A DNA stretch of 64,000 bases from Adineta vaga (GCA_021613535.1 CP075492.1:17546001-17610000); one strand, 5' to 3'; positions 25,720 to 39,100 are shown, numbered from the stretch's first letter. Numbers and translations: made by a program. Notes: generated by a model from the letters alone, not told the origin.

Positions 25720-26115
25720 TAATGAAAGCCTTATATTGTAAGTGAAATAAAATCACCCTTACCAAAGATAGCTAGTTTTCTTGATAAACATACTCCATAT
25801 TCAATTTCTAATTCTATGATATTTCTAAAACACTAGAAAAAATATAAAACAATATCAGAAACAAATACTTATACATTCAATATAACAGATCTGTATACGA
25901 TGATTCCTCAAAAAGAAACAATCTTAACTGTATGTGAATTCTTAGGTAGATATGGTTATCGAAAAATATACAATGTATCATTAAATACGACAAAAACTTT
26001 ATTCTCACACGTACTAGAAAATTCTTATTTTGTTCTTCAATTAGCTGGAGAAGAAGCTAAATTCTACAAACAAATTAGAGACGGAGCTATGGGATCAGCC
26101 TGTACTCAAATAGTA
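25720..26115 (+). mobile_element. Penelope-like retroelement reverse transcriptase fragment
   Basis: SPLPKIASFLD...FNITDLYTMIPQKE...VLENSYF...FYKQIRDGAMGS, with stops. Confidence 0.75.
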
Positions 26116-27639
26116 ACTAAAAGACACACTAATGCCGATCCTTACGTGGCCAATAAATTGGTTTTCTCGCGTTTCATTGTAACTCGACTCGAGTCAGACT
26201 GTTTTTGACTAGTCGTTCCGGTCCCTGCACCGTATCACATCGACAGCCATATATTAGGCTAGGAATTTCTAGAAAACTCCAGTTTTTATCCCAGTCCTTT
26301 TGTTTGTCCCCGAATCTTTTCTTTTACGCTTCAAATAGCATCGTACTGAAAAACTATCCGACACACTTTTGCGCACTTATTTCAAAAATCGCCTTGGTGT
26401 GTAGCACGATATGGTTTCTAATAAAAACATTTTTTCAGAAGATTTGGCAAGAGGTACCCACAGATAACTTTTAGTGAAAAATATTTCATAGATGTCATAA
26501 TATCATTACACCGGGTATCGAAAGCTTAATGTCGTCAGGATATCCTGCAGAGTAATCAAGTAAAATGAATTCACTTTCACGACCCACGCCATACAGTAAT
26601 GAAGATCATTACCCCCGACGAATTGATTATGTATTCGTCGAGTTTTGCAATTTCGGTTTTTTTGTTCGATAAATATGTGTTTATTTCTTTATTTAGACCA
26701 TTTTATAAGTACATGAACTAGAAAGTGAAATTTAATATGAATGCATATTTATTTCTGAGATATCAAAATCATATAAACAAGAAACACCATAATTTGCCAT
26801 TTTATACATATTTATGATTCTATTTTAGTTAATTTACATATATGCAAACTTGAAACTTGAATTCAATTATTCAACTAATCCTTCAATGTGTTTGTGAGTA
26901 CTGAGTATTAGCTGTACACTCAAAACATCAGCACAGAGAATACCGCCTGATAACAGTACAGCGCAAAGTACAAATACAAGTATATCCGCCTCTATTTTGG
27001 ATTCCAAAAAACGAAAAATTATCCACAAAGCCATTTCATGTGGGAAAATATGACTTCAGAGTAAGAGGAACCACGCATCCACTATATGTTTCGTTGTACA
27101 TGCCACAAAATCTTGACCACAAGACATCATATTGAGTCAAAGTGTCACAAAATCGAGAGTTGACTAATAGAAACTTGAATTGGAAGGTGAAACCCGCAGT
27201 TTCAATTAAATTCAATTTTCATGTTTGACACTACTTCAACTTTTAGAACATATAATTTATTCATGGGGTAATAAAGTCGTTACACCAAATCCACTCAAAT
27301 TCCCTAACTTTTACAATATATGGTATTGTGATACTTTACGATACTGAAATGATTTCTCGTTAAACTTTCACTCCGTCGAGAGAACTGAATCCAGTTGACT
27401 TGATTACCCGATAAAGTCTTACGTTTTGCAAATGTGAATACCCGGTGTAATAGGTTTATGACATCACTCAAATGTTTTATTTTTTTAGAGATGATTTTCT
27501 AAGTGACAAATAACCACTTCTGAGCAATAGAAAGCCGATTATGAGCACGAAAGTTACAGGTTCTTCTGCAGTACAAAAGTTGCCCACTGTCCGAGAGAGA
27601 GAGAGAGAGACAGATTCATTATTTTCTCTTCTATTTTCT

Positions 27640-27771
27640 CACTCACCAGTGGGAATCTCCCGCTTACAAGTGGGACTTTTCCACTTACCGATGGGAACTC
27701 TCCACTTACTGATGGGAATTTCATGCTTACCAGTGGGGATTTCCCACTTACCAGTGGGAAGTTCCCACTCA
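27640..27771. repeat. Tandem 21-bp minisatellite (6 units, CTTACCAGTGGGAATTTCCCA consensus)
   Basis: Direct reading; each unit carries a palindromic TGGGAA.TTCCCA core. Confidence 0.9.
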
Positions 27772-28208
27772 AAGGTAAAGCGAGTATGTGTTACCTGGAC
27801 TAGTATCAAAAGCACAGAAAGAGAAAAGAAAAGAAGAGGAATAGAAGAAGTGATGAGTGATCCGGCCGAAAGTGAAAATCATAACCAAAGTCAGATAATA
27901 GTACTCAAGCTAGGTGAATGCTGATGGCAGTAGTTAATTGTAATAATGAATTAGTTGATGGAAAACAGCTAGAAATAAATCGGGAGGGCTCGAAACAGCG
28001 CTAAACCCACCCTTGATTCCGGAGAAAAGAGAGAGAGAAAATCGATATTTTTGTTTCTAATTACCGATCATACTTTCTCTTTGTTATTTTCTACGCCTGT
28101 CATTTTTTTATACTGATCACTCTTGTCACAGTTTTTCTCTCGCTCTTCTTACTTCTATATATGATGCTGTTCGAAAGACACACTTTCATACAATTCTGAT
28201 TTCTCTCA

Positions 28209-28934
28209 ATGATGCATTTCGTCTCGCTTCTTCGTGCTTCTTTGGTTGTTCTTCTTGTTGTTGCTTCTATCGTGAGCAGATGCGATGCGGCTTCTAAATA
28301 CGTGAACGGTGCAACTATCTTCGGTCGTTGTGCTAATTTTTCCATTCAAGCTGGCACAGCCGTCTCGTTCAATGGAGGGCCAACATCTGTGGGCACTGGT
28401 AGTGTGGGTGTCGCCCCTGGCACGGCTATTACGGGCAACTTTGTGCAAGGCACCGGCTTCAGTGAAGCCTGTACAGCACCCGCGATTGACTGTACAGCTG
28501 ACGAACTAATTTCCTATGGATACTTGAAAGGCATCACATGCACCAACACGCTCGCCAACTCGGATCTAGCAGGTATAACTCTGTCGCCGGGTGTCTACTG
28601 CACTGGCTCAGGTTTCTTTACGCTCACGGCTGGTAATCTCTATCTCGATGCCGAAGGGGATGCCAACGCTCAGTTCATCTTTCAAACGGCCACTACAGTC
28701 ATCACTTCCGCGAACACAAAGATCATTCTTCTCAACGGCGCACTGGTCAAAAATATATATTGGCAGGTTGGAACCAGTGTAACTTTAGGATTGGGCAGCT
28801 CGTTTATGGGACAAATACTGGCCTATGTGTCAATCACTGTCGGTGGCGGTGTCACTGTGGTCGGTCGACTCTACGCTCAAGCAGCTGTGTCGTGTGCGGG
28901 CAACGATTCGATCACGTTACCTTCACAATGGTAA
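28209..28934 (+). CDS. Secreted ice-binding protein (DUF3494/IBP-1 fold), probable horizontal acquisition
   Basis: Signal peptide; DLAGITLSPGVY, LYLDAEGDANAQFIFQ, NIYWQVGTSVTLG, GRLYAQAAV motifs; intronless and visibly GC-richer than the flanks. Confidence 0.9.
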   Translation: MMHFVSLLRASLVVLLVVASIVSRCDAASKYVNGATIFGRCANFSIQAGTAVSFNGGPTSVGTGSVGVAPGTAITGNFVQGTGFSEACTAPAIDCTADELISYGYLKGITCTNTLANSDLAGITLSPGVYCTGSGFFTLTAGNLYLDAEGDANAQFIFQTATTVITSANTKIILLNGALVKNIYWQVGTSVTLGLGSSFMGQILAYVSITVGGGVTVVGRLYAQAAVSCAGNDSITLPSQW

Positions 28935-29100
28935 CGTTGGCGTACGAGACCAATCAACACAAAACAAGCAGAATAACTACCACCCCATCCTAGAGTAAAC
29001 TAATGCATTGTAAATTGTGCATTTCCAGGAGAAAAACAATTCATTCTTATACTTATCATTATCGCCATTCTTCATTTCCTATTTAAAAATAAAAATAAAT

Positions 29101-29345
29101 GGGGAAACTTCCGATTTTATCCGAAAGTTATTTGTACTGCAAAAAGTGTATAAGATAGAAGATATAGAGAAATATCATTATTTTTTCAATAACTCACCAA
29201 TGGTTCAGTCAATCAGGCTCATCTTCGAACTCGAGCGAGATATTGATGTGACAATACTCTAGCAAATTTCATCATAATTGGATTACCCTTTCGGGAGTTA
29301 TTATGTAAACGAATCGATGGACGGATACATCGATTGATACCTGAA
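29101..29345 (+). mobile_element. Dispersed non-coding repeat, copy A (likely non-autonomous transposon remnant)
   Basis: GGAAACTTCcGATTTTATCCGAA.GTTAT.TGTACTGCAAAAAGT... also at 34198-34440. Confidence 0.65.
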
Positions 29346-29561
29346 TTATGTTCAACTGAGGCCTTCAAATCCAAAGAAATTACTTTTTGAATGAATTTCT
29401 ACATTTTTCACCAATTAACACACCGAGAATGACTTTGATAAAGTGAAATAATACAAAGAACACCTGGCTGAAAGTCACCAAGGTCTCCCTGATGACCCGC
29501 ACTGTGATGATTTTTGATAAGAGAGGCTTTAGCGCTGATGGAGCTACGCTTTTCTTTATTT

Positions 29562-29610
29562 CTTGAGGGTGTGGGTGTGTACTAGCTACCATAATCTAGT
29601 TTTCATCCCG
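29562..29610. repeat. Telomere-like element, copy 6 (perfect G-arm, eroded C-arm)
   Basis: CTTGAGGGTGTGGGTGTGT-ACTAG..CTAGT-tttCATCCC. Confidence 0.8.
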
Positions 29611-30561
29611 GCTAAAGGAAGACTTTAGATGATATGAATTTCTTTATTATTCGATAATCACAGAAATAGACTACATCTAGTGATATCGCATAATTTATGA
29701 AAAGTTATAAAGTTAACGTAGTGGTGTACACTTAAAAATATTACTAATGAGAAGAAGGTTTTGTTGTAATGAGGATTGAAGTGAGGAAAGCGTACAAATT
29801 TCAGGAGAAGAAAGGTGAACGTTTTTCGGTGAAAAATTCATGAAGTGGAATTCTGTTGTATTGCTTTGGAATTATCATTAACATGGCATATTTATTGCAA
29901 TGGGTTGTGATACTGCCACGTTGGTTGGCATTTTCTGCGATGATTGTCTTACCTTCCTCTGATTATATAGAGAAGTGTATATGTGTTACTAAAACTTTCA
30001 CTTTATATATTTGTTTAGGTATGTCAATCCTAAAATCTGATTTTGGGTGCTTTATTTAATCAGATCAATATTTCGAAGTTATTCACCAATCGCATAATCA
30101 GCTTTTACACAATGTAGGTTTTGTTTGAAAAAGTTTATAAACTTTCTTTTATTAGCGCAATTAATTAGAAATACTACTTTCATTTGCTTATTTGGATTTA
30201 TGGTGATCGAATATTTGTTCCATAAACAGTATTATTATAACAGTGAAAAGCATCTAGAATGATCATAGTATCATGAGCAAAATAGATTAAATATTTTGTT
30301 TTAGTCAGTGTTTATAAGTATTACCAGACTTATAAAGAAGTTATTATTAATATTAAGAGTATACTCAGCCGATGTTTATTTTGAATCGTTATTATATGAT
30401 TCGATCATATCATCGATATTTTCACTCATCATTGTAATGAAAACGAAATGGCATCGATTTGAACAATTAATATGGTCGCTTTTTATTTATAATTCGTCAG
30501 CTAATTCACCTAATAACTCTCTTCCCTTAAGGATTACTTTTAATAGTTGATCTTATGCTGC

Positions 30562-30613
30562 TTGGTTGTGTGTAATACTCTTTTTTTCACTAACACCCAT
30601 ACCCTATTCTCAC
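30562..30613. repeat. Telomere-like element, degenerate copy 7
   Basis: TTGGTTGTGTGT...CACTAACACCCATACCCTATTCTCAC. Confidence 0.55.
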
Positions 30614-31003
30614 TTATTTACCTTCTAAAAGAGGCATATTCGTGTGTATGCTTTTTCTATGTCGTGAAATCTTCTACTAAAGAAGTGATGATTCTAGATC
30701 AGAGTACTCAATTGTAGTTGATGCAGTTTCTTTCGATTCTTAACATATCTGACGAGTTTTTTAAGCAAGGATGAAACTGCTCGTATGATATGCTGTGAAT
30801 CAATACTCTATAAACTGACTTTCACCATCAAGACAAACAAACAAACAAACATACATAGATATAATGGTTATAAGATCCTTCCTTGCAAAAATAAACATAT
30901 ACGACATTTCTCTTAAAGTAATTCTTTATTATGGTGAGAAAATCAGATTTAACAAGAATTCTAAGACATCTTAGTCTTCACTCTCATTGTATCCGAATAG
31001 TCT

Positions 31004-31348
31004 TTAACACCTCCACCCAATTCTGCATTGACCACACATGTTGCGCCCAGATAGCCATCTACAAGAAGAGTCTTTGTCACAAAATCTAACATTTTTATCG
31101 TTGCGACATTTACGACCCTTAACTTCACAGCAACATTTCAAGTCAAATATGTGACAACAGGAATCTCGTTTGCGTTCAAAAAAATTTGTTTTATCATTTT
31201 TCGTTGATTTCATAATTATATTTGTTCTCAACATAAGATCTTTCTCATCGATAACCTGATCTTCAATTGGCTCAAGTGCAGCTGTATACTCTGAGATTTG
31301 TAGGACTACAAACAGTAAGCATGTTGTTGAAATAATTCCAATTTTCAT
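31004..31348 (-). CDS. Secreted prepro cysteine-rich cationic peptide
   Basis: Signal peptide, acidic pro-region, RKR cleavage site, mature part with 11 Cys. Confidence 0.75.
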   Translation of the reverse strand: MKIGIISTTCLLFVVLQISEYTAALEPIEDQVIDEKDLMLRTNIIMKSTKNDKTNFFERKRDSCCHIFDLKCCCEVKGRKCRNDKNVRFCDKDSSCRWLSGRNMCGQCRIGWRC

Positions 31349-32841
31349 TCTTTTATTATGTTTGAAGTCGACGCGTTGAACTTGTGATATCTAGAAGTAA
31401 AGATCAAAAAGCAATCAATAAAGTTATCACTAATCTACTATAAAGTCTATTATTTAAAATATGTAATAATAAATATTTCTTGAACAACTAGTTATGTGCT
31501 CTCTCATCATTTGATGAATTAAACTAAATCTCATTACTTGATTTAGCTTCAATTTGATTTTGTTTTTGAGTTGAAATAGAAAACACAATTACATAATTAT
31601 TGATCTTTAATATTTATTGTAAAATAAAATTTAAAGGTTATATCAGAGACTGTGAGCCATGTTGTAATGTAGGATTTAATCACTTCCAGAAGGAAAGTAT
31701 CTCTGAATTGATATGATCGACCACATTAATATATACATTGTTGTCTCAGACTTCACTATTTTTATAACAAAAAGCTGGTCGAAAATTTCTAATGTCTAGA
31801 TTATATTGCATGAAACACGTACTTTAGTTAAAGTCAAATGTTTCGATTCTGTTTTTCCAGAAAATTCGACGATGCATATTCATCTCAGCTTTTATTTCAG
31901 GGAATTGTGTATACTTCGATATCAGAATCTCTTTTTTGTTGGAGAAAAACATGACGAAGACTATTGTATGAGGAATCATCAAGCGGAACATATTTATTAA
32001 GAGGTTTTCAATAGTTTTGTTGCAATCTTTTATCCATCTTACTATGTAAAAAGCCTTGTACTTGTTTAAACATTGAATCTTTTGCGACGGAAAATATCTT
32101 ACATATATCAAGAAAATAGAGCATGTCCTTCATCTTATTGTATGTTTATCATTAATAAAAAATAAAGCTTAAAGATGAAAAAGTTAATTAGAAAGAATGT
32201 TCTTTTTTCTACAAAGTATAGTGCGCGAGTTAAATTGATATCTCCTCGTATTTATTTTCTTTGTTTCTGTATTAACATTATCGACATAATTAAATACGAT
32301 GAAAACTGTTTAGAGAATAGATTTCATTCTTCTTTACTATCATCATTGAGTTGCACAAGAGAACATTGATTTTATCTCTTATTCTAGGTTTTTGTATCTC
32401 TTTCCTTTTTTTTGTTTATTTCTGAACATTTAGACGTTTTTCATGTGCCTATGCATGCATTGCTTTTGAATAAAGAATAAATTCGTAAAATCATTCGTTA
32501 ACATTTTCCCTTTCAAATCAGTGTTTATGTCTATCTTAATCGGCAGTAATGATACGCCGATATTTTATTTCATTATGATCCGAATGTGAACGGATATTGT
32601 AGAAACAAAGACGTCACCATTTTTTTCTAATTAACTTTTTTTATCTTTTAAATTTTATATTTGTTCTTCAAAGTGAGAATATCATAAGATGTTTTTGACG
32701 GAAAGTATTGTCAAAAATTCACAAAGCAACGTCTCACTAGAAAGACCAAGAACTATTTTTCTCTATAAATCATGTGATTAAAAATTACAAATAATTTATT
32801 TTAGATTGTCACGCATCATCTATTCTCGAGAAGCTCGCGTC

Positions 32842-33822
32842 ATGTCATTATCATACATTGGTCAACAATTAACGATTTATATTGGTGTTATTCTTTTTCT
32901 CGCAGGTATCATCGGTAATATCATGAATATTTTCATATTTTCAAGTGTGCGCACCTATCGTACAGCTCCTTGTACATTCTATTTTCTTGTTGCTGCAATA
33001 CACCAGACATTTTACGTACTAATTATTCTTATTAGTCGTATTGTTACTGCAGTGTCTGGAATTGATTTAACTCGTATTTCAATAATTTGGTGTAAGGCAA
33101 GATATTTTTTCATCAGTACACTTTCTCCAATTTCTTACACATGTTCATGTTTGGCTACAATCGATCAATTTCTAACTACGTCACAAAATGCTTATCTTCG
33201 TCGTGCTAGCAAAATCGAACGGACTCATCGCATTGTGGTCATTGTCATTATTGTCTGGTGTCTTCAAGGAATTCCTTGGCTTTTCTTTTACAATATTTCC
33301 TCCACCAGTAGTACGTGTGTGACCACTAATGCAGCATTTGCTATCTACGTATCAATCTATCTTCTTGGTCTTCTTTGTGTCATTCCAACTCTAGTGTTGG
33401 GTATATTTGGTTGGCTGACTTATCAAAATATTCGTCAAACAATTGTCCTTGCTGAACAACATGCTGATCGTCAATTGACAAAAATGATTTTGATCCAAGT
33501 AGTATTAGTTCTTATTAGTATCATTCCGTATGGTATTAACAATGTTTACAGTGTGATTACAAGCGGAGTCAGTAAAGATGCTAATCGAGCGATATTAGAA
33601 TCTTTCATCGCTACCATAGTCAATCTCATATCTTATTTGTATCATATCGTATGTTTCTTCTTTGCCATATTATCTAATATATATTTTTTCTTGACTTCTA
33701 TTTAGGGAAACTTCTACATGTTCTTCATGTCGTCAAGTCGCTTTCGTCGAACAGTAAAAGATCGAATATTCAGGTGGTGTCGACAAAATCAAATTATTCC
33801 AATGCAACCAACCTCAATGTAA
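32842..33822 (+). CDS. Rhodopsin-like GPCR (2 exons)
   Basis: ATG 32842 MSLSYIGQQ; CLATIDQF; intron 33649-33705 restores TM7 (GNFYMFFMSSSRFRR), stop at 33822. Confidence 0.85.
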
Positions 33823-34197
33823 AGAACAATATTAGAAAAAAAGATTCCATATTTGTAAACATCCGTTACTTTTTATTATATATCTATCTTATTTTCGCCT
33901 CTAAGTAAAATAAAAATGTTGTGGCGTCAATATGAAAATAAATGAATTTATTTCGAGTCGCTAGAAACAAGCACCTTTAGATAGATAATGAAAGTATGGT
34001 AGGGGAAAATTTGATTCACGGACGATTGGGAGCTGATGTTGGTGTAATTTATACTAATTAATAGGCGTATCGACTAAAATAAAGCTTTTCATATTAATAT
34101 GTACGTACCAGCAGATTCTACTGTTACTACCAATCTCACGCCACTACATACGATTATTCATCACAATTATGTATAACTCTTGTAAAGAGAAATAAAT

Positions 34198-34440
34198 GCG
34201 GAAACTTCGGATTTTATCCGAATGTTATGTGTACTGCAAAAAGTATATCAGATAGAAGACATAATAAAGTCATACCGAAATACCACTATTTCCAATGACT
34301 CACAAATCGTTCGGCTGATTTGGGGCTTCTTCAAACTCAAGTGAGGTATCATTGTCGCAATACTCCGTAGAAAATCTCATCAGAAATGTATCAATACTTC
34401 AGGAATTATTGTGTCTATGAACGGATAAGCAGACGTACTA
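34198..34440 (+). mobile_element. Dispersed non-coding repeat, copy B
   Basis: Homologous to 29101-29345. Confidence 0.65.
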
Positions 34441-34484
34441 AACTGTTCAAGCAGTGCACTCAGTTTTCATCATATGAAATAAAT

Positions 34485-34541
34485 TTGAGGCTGTGGGTGT
34501 GATTATTATATCTATCTGACACTCACACCCACACCCTCAAG
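34485..34541. repeat. Telomere-like inverted-repeat element, copy 8
   Basis: TTGAGGCTGTGGGTGTG-attattatatctatctga-CACTCACACCCACACCCTCAAG. Confidence 0.92.
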
Positions 34542-34752
34542 ATATTTTGTGCTTGTTAGATAAAAAAAGATTTAATTGAATTATTAGAGAATGTTTATTT
34601 TTATTCTTCATGATAAAGTCAGGTTGACAATTAGTATCAAAAGTACAGAAAATGAATGGAGCTCTGAAAAAGGCATTAAGGTGCTGACGGCATCTCGTTC
34701 GCACTCAGACTCTTGCAATAAACATTATATGTGTATAGTTATTGAATTTAAC

Positions 34753-35718
34753 TCATTGTGCTTCGAGTACTGTTCTTGGTGACCGAGTAAATTGTCCACA
34801 AGTCCGCATCACTACTTGTGGATTGATGCGATGGTGTCTTCGCCAAAACAATAAACAATTTTTACATTTCTCTTTCAAACCAGGTAATGATATTGCACAT
34901 GCCAACGGCATCAACTGTACAATCCAATAAGTAAAAAAGAGAGAATCATCATAGAAATCATTTGCTGTGACATATGTTGCACCAGCGGAATATGCAGCAT
35001 ACAAAGTCATTGGTGGAAGCTGTAAGAAAAGGTACAGCACAGATAATGGCAATAATTGAAGTGCCATCTTCCTGTGCTTTCTCCAATCAACACTCCTATG
35101 AATCTTATATCGAGAGTATAATACCCGACCAAACAGTGCCATATTGAAAATGATAGTGATAAATGCTGTTCCTATGTAATGACCAAAACTATCAATCAAG
35201 CCTGGCCAATATTGTTCTGAGGAACAAGTATATCGATCACAGAATATGGTGTCGTATCTAATTGCTACGTCGCAAGGTAAAATGAAGGCTGATAGAGAGT
35301 AAAATATGAGAGGCCAAATAATACATCCAGACAAAGGGAAATAATGAAAAAACAGACGCTTTGTTTTCGTTGCAAACAAGCTGGGATGAAAAATAAGAAT
35401 ATGTCGTTCGAATGATGCCCAAGCCATAAGAATATAAGTCATGCTATAAAACGCTCCTCCTGAAAATATCCATATTCCACAAAAAATAGGTGTGGAAATT
35501 AATACCGTACCCGTTCGGTAGTAATGACTTTGCCAAGCAACATCAGTAATTTGTTCAATAAGTGAGCAGATAAGAAGAAGAATAATAACATGATTGTTGA
35601 GAGCTTTACGAAGTGTTCGATTACCTATGAAATGATATAAATCAAACAGAATAATTAAGATGGATGGAAACATCGGAGCTAGCATAAGCCATGAACGAAT
35701 GTAATTAGAGATGGGCAT
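34753..35718 (-). CDS. Rhodopsin-like GPCR (intronless)
   Basis: 321 aa, LMAWASFERHILIFH; paralog of 16240. Confidence 0.85.
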   Translation of the reverse strand: MPISNYIRSWLMLAPMFPSILIILFDLYHFIGNRTLRKALNNHVIILLLICSLIEQITDVAWQSHYYRTGTVLISTPIFCGIWIFSGGAFYSMTYILMAWASFERHILIFHPSLFATKTKRLFFHYFPLSGCIIWPLIFYSLSAFILPCDVAIRYDTIFCDRYTCSSEQYWPGLIDSFGHYIGTAFITIIFNMALFGRVLYSRYKIHRSVDWRKHRKMALQLLPLSVLYLFLQLPPMTLYAAYSAGATYVTANDFYDDSLFFTYWIVQLMPLACAISLPGLKEKCKNCLLFWRRHHRINPQVVMRTCGQFTRSPRTVLEAQ

Positions 35719-37113
35719 CTCAGAATGACTTTAAATATGTTGGAAATAAACTAAAATATAAAAGTAGAATGTTTATACATAGTTATCTAACGTTTGTGTA
35801 AGTATCAGAGCACACAATGAATACTTCTATTTTCACAATAGTTAGCAGAAAACTGATACAGAAATTTTAACGAACAATGAAAGTGCCGTTCTACAAGCTG
35901 TTAAGGATTGCTGTAAATGAGTTACTAGTGTATTCCAATCACTAAGATAAATAGAGAGACATAGGTTTTAGTATCTTGAGACACAATGTTTGTTCGACTA
36001 TATGATCTACATCTAAATGTAACTATTTCACATATAGCATGTACTCATATATACTGGAAAGAAAAAGAGAATAAAGAAGAAGATGAGAACTTACAGGAGA
36101 AAGAAGAGAAAGAGAGCATCCAAGGGAAGAATAGCAAGAAAGAGCTTATTGGATGACAGATATGATTCATAACATACGCATATTATGAATAAATCTTTGA
36201 CACCAGCAGAATAGTTCTGTCATGAGATACAATCGAAAATAAAATTTAAATGCAAGCCTAAAAATGTATGTGGATCAGCTATAATATTAAATTTTGGCTG
36301 TTCATAGACTAGATGCATTATTTTGCTGTAGTGAATTCAAAAGATTAGTTATATACCGATAAATCTATTTGTCATGGTTATCCATAGGGAAACTGCTTTA
36401 AGAGATTTTCTCTGACGTCAATCTTAATGAAAGCAATAAAATTATGTAGTGACGAACTTGCGACGTGACAAAACTAATTATCTACTACTTTACAGAAAAA
36501 GAGACAACACAGAAAAGGAAAAAAAGTGGGCAAAAAATCTGTTTATATACAAAAGTTTGAATATCAATGATCGTTATGAATCAAAAACTCATAGGGAGAA
36601 AAGTTGAGATTACGTATACTATCATGGCAATATAATACTTCAAAAAAAAGAAAAGACGAAAATGATTAATCAGTCCGTTCTATTTTAGATCAGAGACAGA
36701 AAAATCAGTAAAGTTTCCATTCGTAAAAGCGAATCAAAATATCGTATAGAATTTTTAGAGAAGAACTGATTTTGAATATTATGATACCAAACGCTGTATT
36801 TTCTCTCAAGTAAAAGCGCTTTTTATGACGCAGATACGACGTAAAATAATTCTTATCTGTTTGAAATATGAGTTCCTTCACTAAGGAGAAAAACCTATTA
36901 ATTATACTCATTTGATATGCCTTGAGTGTTTCTAAAAAATTAAATAATTATACCAAGAGAAAGCTGTCGAGTTTGATGTCTTTGCCATGAGTGATGTTGT
37001 TCATAGAAAAAAATTAATATTCTCTAAAAGATAAATACGGATGATCACAGTTTTTTGACGTTGATCTCATGAAGTATTACGTTTCGATGAAAAAAATTAA
37101 TTAATCTTCCAGT

Positions 37114-37266
37114 TTGAGGGTGTGGGTGTTATATCCTTCTCGTACATACACCCACAAGATGGTGTGAATGCGAAGTTGTGGATATCTAGTTCCATCCGAG
37201 GAGGACCGTTCGTACAGTGGGAGTACCTACCACAACTTATTCTTAAGATGCTTGCAACACCCTCAA
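37114..37266. repeat. Telomere-like element, copy 9 (37114-37158), plus a second C-arm ending at 37266
   Basis: TTGAGGGTGTGGGTGT-tatatccttctcgtacat-ACACCCACAAG ... ACACCCTCAA. Confidence 0.85.
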
Positions 37267-39100
37267 TCGTTTCAGTTTAGCATCAAAATATTTTTGACAG
37301 ACTTTTTTTTCATTTTCATTGAAAAAACGATACAAGTTTTCATAGTAGAGGGAAAGTTATGTCTACAGTTCTCTCCTTTGGTATTACCTTGGAACTAAAA
37401 AAAAATCATTCATAACGTAATCATATTTTTTTTCTACGACCAGATTTTTAGTTTTTATTCTATTCACATACTTTAAGCTCAATAAATCAATTTTCATATC
37501 AGTTGTTTCATAAAAAAATCATAGTTTTTCTCGCTTCTCTGAAGATGTATAGGCAATCAAACAATAATAGGTTTTTCCATCGGTAACCTATCTATCACAA
37601 GCAAAGATGGAAAAAGCTTATTTACATTTGATAATGTAATAAAAATTCGCATTCGTATTTATAAGTCACTAGTCGGGTGTGAACGCCATCTTTTTCATAT
37701 ATAAATCATGTTGTTATTACTAGTATCTTATCTTTTTCGTTTCTTCGATTAGTCAGGAGAAGGTGAAGTCATTACACAACCGTAAGAATGTAACAAAAGA
37801 AAGCAAGTAACTTACATTCAATCAAAAAAAATAACCAGCGTATACAATACCAGTGTAATAACTATGTTCACTTTAGTTACATTACCCGTCGAATTGACGT
37901 ATCAAATTCTTAATACATATCATCGATATCAGGTAAATCTATATTCTAATTTTAAATGAATCAGATCTTTATTTCTATAATAAACAGAAACAAAATGAGT
38001 CAGTCACAATATTGAGTATTCAGGCACATCTCTGATAACAAGAAAACCGAGTGATAGTAGTTGTTTTATAATAACTATCAGAAAATTTAATTTTATCACA
38101 AGTTCACATTTAATTATAGATTGCTGTAAAAATTGAATCACATATTGATTTCAGAGATAAATTACATCAGAATCTTAACCATGTACTTATGAAGTATTTA
38201 GAAGTATATATTAGTTAATATGCGTGAAAATAAAATGTTGAAAGAGTTTACCGAAAAAGTAAAGGGATACAAGGCCTATATCTTCATAACACTATATTTT
38301 GATGAGACATACTGAAAAATCTTCGTTGCACTATTGAATGAAATGTTCTGTAACGGTCCTTTTCTACAAATTAAATTCATATTGATTACAACGATTTCTT
38401 CACAAAATGAGATTCCCTACCATTCAATTTAAGTACTAATCATCCACCACAACAACAGGTTTTAACACTGAAACACAGTTTTTCATAAAATAATCAGGCC
38501 TTTGCTAAGTTACTTTCAATTGAAATGAATAAAAGAACAGAAGACCCACCCGTGTGCTAAATAATCACACGTCTCATTTCACCCTCACATCCTTCTGATA
38601 CATATGCGTTTCAATGTAAAAAATCACAATAAACCAAATACGTCATTTCAAGTGTGCCATTCTCCTGATACACTAAGACTTGACAGAGTACTGTGCATTC
38701 AATCTTCACTTTTTTTACACATCCAATTTCTTTGCACACTAGTTACACTACATCTGAGAATGAACCAAATCCGAAACGAGGGCACACAGCACTAGGCTGA
38801 TGCTCTTCGAATCAACACCGTAATCAACATACATGCCGTCACTTTCTCATTTACTCATAACACTTTTCTATTTAGACACTTACCACATTAGAGCTATTAT
38901 ACAGTTTTATCGGACACGATATCGACGAAAATTTACACGTTATTCAGAATAACTTGTTTAAACTGAAAGAAATGAGAAGGTAATCTTTGACATACTCATA
39001 AAGATTTGCGTACAATCACGGGTCGATCTGTTTTGTTTGTCTTGAAATAAAAAAACATTTTTGAAGATATAATATAATACTTCATTATTATTTTATATTA

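Noticed and set aside
27640-27771. CRISPR-like array
   Set aside because: Units are contiguous 21-mers with no unique spacers, there are no cas genes, and the context is eukaryotic.
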